From Eledone cirrhosa (lineage: Eukaryota), in assembly GCA_964016885.1 (NCBI GenBank), contig OZ024747.1, forward strand, positions 56,296,001-56,360,000: a DNA stretch of 64,000 nt, given 5' to 3'. The notes beneath the pieces were generated by a model that had not been told where the DNA came from, did no database searches, and saw nothing but the letters and a program-made list of their open reading frames with translations. The translations under genes and the position numbers were made by a program. Position 1 is the stretch's first letter. Each line of letters begins with the position of its first letter. Positions 54,900 through 64,000 of the stretch are shown piece after piece.

Positions 54900-55660
54900 T
54901 AATATTAAAAGAATGAAATATTGTTGAGAAAAGATAAACAATAAGTGGGTGCTTTATTAGGAATGAAAAAAATAAGTGTAAGAATGAATTACTGAATGAA
55001 TGAAGCAAAAGAATGAACGAATGTACAGGAGAACTAGAATGAGATCTATATGATGAATGATTCTATATGTGGAATCAATAGGAATGAAGGAAGAAATATG
55101 TAAACATTGGAAGAATATCTGTGTAAATATAAAAGAAGTAAAGAATAGCATATGAGAAACAGAGAAGAGATAGAAAGACAGGCAGAAAGAAAGGGGGAAA
55201 GAAGAAAATGGGAAGGGAGAGAAGAAGGAAAAAGAAAGAAAGAGGTAAAGAAGGAACTTGGAAAGAAAGAAGAGGAAGAAAAAAGAAAAAAATTGATAAA
55301 GAAAAAAATGGGAAAGAAAGAAGAGGAAGAAAAGAAAGAAAGGGGTAAAGAAGGAAATGGGAAATAAAGAAGGAAGGAAGGAAATGAGAGGGAGAAAGAA
55401 AGAAAAGAGAAAAGAAGGAAATTGGAAAAAAGGAAAAGAAGGAAATGAAATGGAAGAAAGAAAGAAATGAATGAAAGAAAGAAGGAAATAAAAGGAAGGA
55501 AGGAAATGTCATGACAGGAAGGAGATAAAGGAAAGGAGAAAATGAATGAAAAGTTTAGAGAGTGGAAGAAAATAAAAAAAAAACAATTTGTGTGAAAGAA
55601 TTGGAAGATAATTATTATCATGATTGGAATAATAAAGGAATTATGAATGAATGACACAAC
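54900..55660. repeat. Purine-rich (GAA/GGAA) tract
   Basis: Read directly. Confidence 0.85.
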
Positions 55661-55803
55661 ATACAAAACTTCACAGTTACTGTCAATAAAATCATATATA
55701 TTTTAGATTCTACACATGTATTGTGTCCTTTATTCAGCCAAAGTCTATTGTGCATATAGAAACATTTTATTTTTAAATACATACATACATGCATACATAC
55801 ACG

Positions 55804-55861
<58 letters not shown>

Positions 55862-55867
55862 TACATA

Positions 55868-55898
<31 letters not shown>

Positions 55899-55899
55899 T

Positions 55900-55939
<40 letters not shown>

Positions 55940-56053
55940 TATATAAATATATAAATATATATATGTATGTATATGTATATGTGTATATGTATATATGTAT
56001 ATGTGTATGTATGTATGTGTATATATATACATACATACACACATATATATATT

Positions 56054-56084
<31 letters not shown>

Positions 56085-56492
56085 ATATATATATGTATGT
56101 ATTTACATATATATGTATGTATGTATATATATATATATGTATATATAAATAATTAAGGATGATTTTTCCGAAAGAGATTGTGAAGAGGCCACAATTAAAT
56201 AAGGTACTCAATATATTTGTAGAGAAGATACATATTTATTTCATATAGAAATGACTCCTACAGGACTAAAACTCTTTCATTCATATGAATATATATAAAT
56301 ATTCATATATGCTTACATACATGAGTATGTATATGGGTATGTATATAAGTTTGTATATGCATGCATGTATATATATATAACAAAGAATGTGTAGTAAGAT
56401 ACCAGATGGACCATTACGGACCAGAGTACTCGATACTTATGGTAGTAGAGTGGGTAATATGAAAAGAGCTCAACCGTCGGGGTCCTGACTCT

Positions 56493-56547
<55 letters not shown>

Positions 56548-56550
<3 letters not shown>

Positions 56551-56876
56551 TCATCATCATTTTACGTCCGCTTTTCCCTGCTTGCAAGGGTGGGACAGGA
56601 ACTGATTCTGGCTTGATTTCTACAGCTGGATGCCCTTCCTAACACCAACCTCATTTACAGTGAGTGCCGGGTGCTTTTTTGCCGTGGCACCTCCACGACC
56701 ACTTTGCAGTGGAATGATAGGGACCCCAGTCCCTATCATCTCATTTCTACAGCTGAGTAAACTGGAGCAATGTGAAATAAAGTGTCTTGCTCAAGGAAAC
56801 AACACATCACTGAGAATTGAACTCACAACCTTTTGATTGCAAGGCCAATGCTCTAACCACTAAGCCATGTGCCTCC
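56548..56876 (-). mobile_element. Full-length family C SINE
   Basis: Near-identical to 11451-11785, with a short deletion after the B box. Confidence 0.9.
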
Positions 56877-58619
56877 ACACACATATATATATATATGTGT
56901 GTGTGTGATTGTGTGCATGTGTGTGTGTGTGTATTTATACATGGAGGACATCCCCTTCGACAGCTGTCAACTGGAGATCACAACGATTTTGGCACCTTTT
57001 CTTAGTGTTGCTTCCTTCAGTCTCATTGATGCTATTGTGTGGCGGTCGTGGAATCAACATGCTTTGGCCCACACTGGAGCATCCAAACCAATCTGGAAGC
57101 TGGTTGCAACTCTTTACCCCTCAATAAATATATATATACATACACACACGAACATGTATGTATGTATATATATATATGTATGTATATATGTATGTATATA
57201 TTTATGTATATATGTATGTTTGGATATATATATATGTATGTATGTATGTATACATACATACATATATACACACACAGGAACATGTATTTATATATATATA
57301 TATATGTATATATATATGTATGTATATATGTATATATATATATATATATGTATGAATATATTTATGTATATATGTATGCATAGAAATATATATATGTATG
57401 TATGTATATGTATATATTCATATATGTATGTATATATGTATGTATATATGTATATATGTATATATGTACTTATATATGTACTTATATATGTACATATGCA
57501 TGGATATATGTATATATCTATTTTTTGTTGTTTTTTTATCAATCACAACTTATTGAACTGGGACATATGGCTATGGGACATAAATAAACAGTAAAGGTAA
57601 ACACACACATACGCATGTATGTGTGTGTGTGTGTGTGCGGGTGGGGTGGGGGTTCTTGTCTGATGACCCTGTAACAAGATTCACTGTTCAGCCTTAATAA
57701 AATGAATATATATATATATATATACACACATATATATATATTTATTAAAATAACAGATTAAAGTTTAAGCAAAGAATCGCTGCTTTCACCCTTAACGGGA
57801 AGCCCTCTTTGGAATTTAGTTTTCAAATATATTATTATTACTATATACACATATATATATATACACATACATATAAACATATGTATATATACATATATAT
57901 ACATATATACACATACATATAAACATAAATACGCACACACACATATAATGATAATAATAATAATGAAATTATTGTGTACATAGAATAATACACAAATGTC
58001 AGGGAAGTACAAGTGTATATGTATGTATATATGTATATGTATGTATATATGTATATGTATATATGTATATATGTATGTATGTATGTGTGTGTGTGCATTG
58101 CTAAGTGTGATTGAGAAATATTAAATGAGACTTAAAAAATAAAATTATTTTAAAAAATGAACAATAATTGAAGAATTGAAGAATTTGGAAGAATATGAAA
58201 CTAGAATGACAGAATATGGGAATAATTTTGACAGGATCCTAAATATCAATGAGAAGAATGATATTGGTAAATCAAAGAATGATGGAATGATATAAAGACA
58301 CATGAAGTAATGAGAAATAGAATGGGAACTAAAAGAAGAACTATAGGAAATTCTCAAAAATATTGTGGATAATATATGTATAGCTGTGTAGATAAGGGGT
58401 TAACTTGAGAAACATGTGGGTTTCATACTTAGGCTCACTAGTTCACACTTTATGGTAGTGTCTTCTGTTTTAGCACCAGGTTGGCCAATGCCTTGTAAGG
58501 GAAATTTGGTAGATGAAAGCTGTACAGAAGCCTGTCATATGTATGGAATCATTTTATATATATATATATATATCTGTGTATATATATATATATATAAATA
58601 AATATATATATATATATAG

Positions 58620-58801
58620 TAATAATAATAAATTTGAAGACTAAAATCCAAAGAGGGCTCGATAAGGATAAATATATATCAAGTTTCAGAAGATCCCGTT
58701 AAGGGTGAAAGCAGCGATTCTTTGCTTAAACTTTAATCTGTTATTTTAATAAATATATATATATATATATCTGTGTGTATATATATATATATATATCTGT
58801 T

Positions 58802-58844
<43 letters not shown>

Positions 58845-58922
58845 TTATTTGTTTATTAAAATAACAGATTAATGTTTAAGCAAAGAATCGCTGCTTTCAC
58901 CCTTAACAGGATCTTCTGAAAC
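58620..58922. mobile_element. Inverted pair of family Y variant-hammerhead cassettes around a TA-rich spacer
   Basis: 58681-58752 (+) and ~58853-58922 (-). A partial copy lies at ~57741-57840 (-). Confidence 0.8.
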
Positions 58923-58926
58923 TCAT

Positions 58927-58972
<46 letters not shown>

Positions 58973-59033
58973 TAAATCATGTCCTTGACCGGTTGCAAAA
59001 CATATATATCTATGACTTTATGTATATGTAAAT

Positions 59034-59125
<92 letters not shown>

Positions 59126-59128
<3 letters not shown>

Positions 59129-59230
59129 GAAGTAAATGTGGTAAGGAACCAGGTGGACCATAACACACATAACCATAGTCCAGAATTAGCCGTCGAAACG
59201 ACTTGAGCTCAGCCGTCCTACTCGTTCCTA
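59126..59230. mobile_element. Rearranged family X cassette
   Basis: Minus-strand tail joined to plus-strand gtccagaattagccgtcgaaacg...ctcgttccta, between (TA)n arrays. Confidence 0.75.
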
Positions 59231-59346
59231 TATATATATATATATAGATATATATATATACATATATATATATGTATATATGTATATATGTATATATATA
59301 TATGAATATATATATGTATGTATATATTTATGTATGTATATATTTA

Positions 59347-59401
<55 letters not shown>

Positions 59402-59406
59402 GTATA

Positions 59407-59452
<46 letters not shown>

Positions 59453-59460
<8 letters not shown>

Positions 59461-59580
59461 TTTTTAAAGCCTAAATAGTGAGTCTTGTGTCTCTGGAGTT
59501 TCACCTGTTTATAAACAAGACACACTATTTAGCCTTAATAAAATGAATATTTAAACTCTACTTCAATATTGAGTACTATT
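59453..59580. mobile_element. Family Z fold-back cassette
   Basis: atattcattt...aaatagtgagtcttgt is inverted against acaagacacactattt...aaaatgaatat, then attgagtac. Relative at 57654-57708 has tcttgt CTGATGA...TA acaaga. Confidence 0.65.
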
Positions 59581-59597
59581 TTCTCTCAGCTGTCAAC

Positions 59598-59635
<38 letters not shown>

Positions 59636-61374
59636 CATATATTCATGCACAGTGACACACACACACACACATGTGTGTGTGTGTCACTGTGCATACACTT
59701 ACTGTTTATTTTTGTCCCATAGCCAAGCAGTTCAATAAATAGTGATTGGTTAAATAAGTACCAAACTTGAAAACAAATATGTATAAGGATTGATATGATT
59801 GACTAAATTACTTGTAGGCTATACTACAGCTTGGCCACAGTCTAATGACTGTAACTAGTAAATAAGTCTTAGAAATAAAAAAATATAACTGTGTATATCA
59901 TGAAATGTATGAAATATAAAGAAATTATTCGAAGAATGAAATAGAAGGAATAAGAAAATGGAATGAATAAAAGTAAAAAGGTAAATTAAAATAACGTAGT
60001 TAAGAAAATGTAGAAGAATATATAGAGATTTTTGGAAAAAACTCATATATGTATATTACAAGAAAGAAGAAATAATGGGATTTGAATAAAGAATTTAGAG
60101 AATTTAATAAATAACAATATTTAGAAATAATTATTTCATGGAAATATATTGTTCATAAACTATTTGATGAGAATGTTAAGACTAGAAATATTTCTGAGAG
60201 GGGTGGGGTACTGTATCATTTATATCACTGAAAAAGTATGAAAGATTTACAGAAAGAAGTGATGAAATGATAAAGATTAGATGAAATAATTTGTTTGAAG
60301 GAAACTGTGAATTAATTGTTTCATTCACTCAGACTAAAAATGTTTAGTTATGGAGAGTTTATCATTATTTAAAGTAACATTACTGTATTACTAGTATTTA
60401 TTAATGAAAAAGTATAGAAGATGTGTTGGATGAAAGAGTTAAAATAACAAAGAATGGAGAATTTGTAACAGATTAATAATAAATTATTTCATTTGTCAAG
60501 CTTTGAAATATTTAGGAAAGAGTAGAGTATTATTTAAACCAACTTTAGTGGACAACCAGGATATGTTATTACTTGACGAGGGAACATAAAATATTTAGTA
60601 AACGAAAGAGGTGAAATAAAGAAGAATAAAAAGAATTATTTCATTGAAATAGATTGATAATGAATTATTCTATTTGTTTATTAAAACCAGAAATTTTTGA
60701 GGAAGGGTGTAATGTTATTTAAATCAACATTAATATATGACTGGTATTTATTTTTAATTACTCCAGTGGGAGGGTTTTTTGGTAAATGAACCCTAAGGTG
60801 GTTTAAATATAAAATGTAGAAACATTAAACTAAGTACAGTAAGAAATTTAGTCTAGTGTTTTACCGATTGTGGTGCCAAATTACCATCATGAAGTAGATA
60901 AATATACTAGAAATATTAGAATGAGAGAAAAGATAAAAGATGTGAAAAAACGAGTAAAAATGAGATGAGAATAAATATTGGAGGATTCAATGAAGAATGA
61001 ATGAATGAAAGAGAAATAGAAGAAGTTTATGAAAGGACACAAGAGGAAAATATAGAAAGAAATGAATTATGTAAAAAAAATATTTGAATTAATTTTTTTT
61101 TTTTATTTCATTTAAAAGAAAAGAAGAATTTGAGAATGTAATAAAAAACATGAGGAAGGAATAAAAATGAATTAAGAATAAGAATAAATGAAAGTAAAGT
61201 TTGATAATTAAGAAAACATAATTTATAAACAAGATTTGAATGAGTTATAATAAAAAGAAAACTAAAAGTTAAAAGAATGAAACATTCAAGAATGTTATGA
61301 GAAATATGAATGAATTAAGAATGAGGATGAATGAAATATAGTTTAAAAAAATAAATATATGAATGAAAATAGTA

Positions 61375-61746
61375 TTAACTATCTTCTGGGTGTATCACTA
61401 ATATGATACATTGTTTAAAATAATTTTGAAATAATTTAAACCAAGAATTTGGATGAATTCAGTAAATAAGTGTCATTATCAGACATGTGTGGAACAGAAC
61501 TTAACAAAGGATCTATCATAGAATTATGATGGAAGGATCTAATTTAAATATAAACAATTTGGATGAATTCAGTAAAATAAATAAGTTTGTCATAATCAAA
61601 CTTATGTATGGAACAGAAATTAACAAAGGATCTATCATAGAATTATGATGGAAGGATCTAATTTAAATATAAACAATTTAAAATAAGATATTTAAATATC
61701 ATAAAAAAACAGGCAGTCTCAGTTGGTTTGATATTGAAAGGGTTAA
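61375..61746. mobile_element. piggyBac-like MITE M2 with an internal ~110-120-bp duplication
   Basis: Ends gaaagggttaa; aatttggatgaattcagtaaa...ggatctaatttaaatataaac occurs twice. Confidence 0.6.
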
Positions 61747-62076
61747 TAAGAAGGAAATTGTTTAAGATATAAAAGAAAGGATCTTAATATAAATATTTTT
61801 TAAATGATATAGTTCAAAGATAGAGGTATAAAAGATGGAAATATGGAAAAAATTAAAATAAATTTTGAAATGAATTACAGAAAAAAATAAGAGCAAAATA
61901 AAAAAGTAAAGCTCCGGAGAATACGAATTTTTTAATATAGAGAATGAAAAATTTTAATAGTTAAACTGAAAGAAAATATAGAATGGTTAAAATAATAAAT
62001 AATTGAAAAGTAAAAAGATATCCAAACTTATATATAAGTACATGTAAAATGTATATGTGAATATATATATGTGTGT

Positions 62077-62126
<50 letters not shown>

Positions 62127-62721
62127 ATGTATATATATATATATATATTTATATATTCATACATAAACATACACACACATTTATGTGTATGCCTATATGT
62201 GTGAATATCTATACATATATATATAAATATAAATATAAATATATATGTGTATGTGTGTATGTATAAGTACATTATATGCATATAAACATTAGTATTAAAT
62301 GTATCCTCACACACACATATTAATGTGTGTATGGGTGTGTGTACGTATATACATACATATTACACACACACACATATATATATATAAATTGAATAAAAAT
62401 GTGCCATCAAAGGCCCAAATGATTTCCAAGAGGGAGAACTATGCTAACATTTTTAAAAAGATCAGAGGCAGAAGAAAACTTGTAGATAATTGAATGAAAT
62501 GTTGAAGGAATTTGAAAGAATTTTCTGAAATATGTGTGTGTGATGTATGAGCAGGGAGAGGGAGTTGAATATATAAATATATATATGTTTGTGTGTGTAT
62601 ATGTATATATGTATGTGTACACACATCTATATATACAAACACAATATATATATATACATATATATATATACTTCTGTGTGTATGTATATTTATATAGATT
62701 TATTTATATGTGTGTCTGTGT

Positions 62722-62756
<35 letters not shown>

Positions 62757-62806
62757 TTGTATATTTATATAGATTTATATATATATATATGTGTGTGTGT
62801 CTGTGT

Positions 62807-62859
<53 letters not shown>

Positions 62860-62881
62860 GTGTACGTGTATATTTATATAG

Positions 62882-62927
<46 letters not shown>

Positions 62928-63875
62928 TATATACATATATATATATATAAATATATATGTGTGTGCGTATGTGAATATATATATAGGACGTGAAGGATAA
63001 ATAAAAACACCTATTTATCAAAATCTCAATGAAGGATATATAAAACTGAATGGTTTCTAAAAATGAAGAAACAGGTAAAAAAATGAATGAAGGGAAATAT
63101 AAAATTTTTTTAAAGATTAGTAATTCAGTAAAATTATGAAAATAATAATGAAGGAATATTTTTGAAATATATTTAATACTGATAGCAAACAAAAGAATAA
63201 GTAGAAAGTAAAGGAAGATATGAAGTATAAGACAATAGGAAATGGTAATGGATAAAGCAGGAAATGGGAGACAAAACCGAAGAAGGAAAGAAAGAATGAA
63301 TGAAACAAAGAAATATAGATAGGAATTAACTGAAGAAATATAAGAAGGAAGAAGAGAAGGTAAATGAATGAAAACGGGATGTAAGGAAGAAGGAAAAGAA
63401 GAAGAAGAGGAGGAAGTAGAATTATATTAAACTTGGAATGCAAAAAACTAAAAGAAATATATGTTGTAGAAAGCAGTATTGAAAGGGGCTATTTAGCATA
63501 TATATATATATGTATATATATTTGTATATATATGTATTTGTATATATATATATTTGTATATATATACACACAAATGTATACTCTTTTACTCTTTTACCTG
63601 TTCCAGCCAGCCGACTGAGGCCATGCTGGGTCTATATATATATATACATACATATATATATATATACATACATTTATATATATATATATATATATATATT
63701 TAATAAACATATCAAACACACACGCACATGCACGCACACACACACATATGTATATATATATATATATATGGGGGTGAGGGGCTAAAAGGGAAAATGGGTG
63801 TTAAACGATATGTATATACATGACTTAGAAAGTAAATGTAAAAAAATACAACACAAAAACGTAGTCATGCATGCA

Positions 63876-63942
<67 letters not shown>

Positions 63943-64000
63943 CATACATACATAGGCACATATGCACACACACAAATAAACAAGCATACGCACACACGCA

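Overview
AT-rich, repeat-saturated eukaryotic non-coding DNA (intergenic or large intron). From memory, the repeat families closely resemble octopod cephalopod repeats; this is recall and was not checked by a search. I find no convincing host protein-coding exon. Nearly all ORFs in the track are translations of (TA)n, (TG)n, (ATG)n or (GTT)n microsatellites, or of repeat antisense strands. Content: several tRNA-headed SINE families (CORE-like and Meta/MESC-like bodies), four decayed RTE-clade LINE fragments, piggyBac-like TTAA MITEs, hAT-like MITEs, two non-autonomous Helitrons with exact A|T insertion, and several minisatellites that grew from internal pieces of SINEs or MITEs. The most interesting signal is about 20 short cassettes, mostly beside (TA)n arrays, that carry type I hammerhead ribozyme (HHR) motifs (whole, variant, half or decayed), often as fold-back inverted repeats. 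They are best read as Penelope-like-element (PLE) termini or retrozyme-like derivatives. One family appears to have had its catalytic CUGANGA strand replaced by the mirror image of the other half. All alignments and folds were done by eye.
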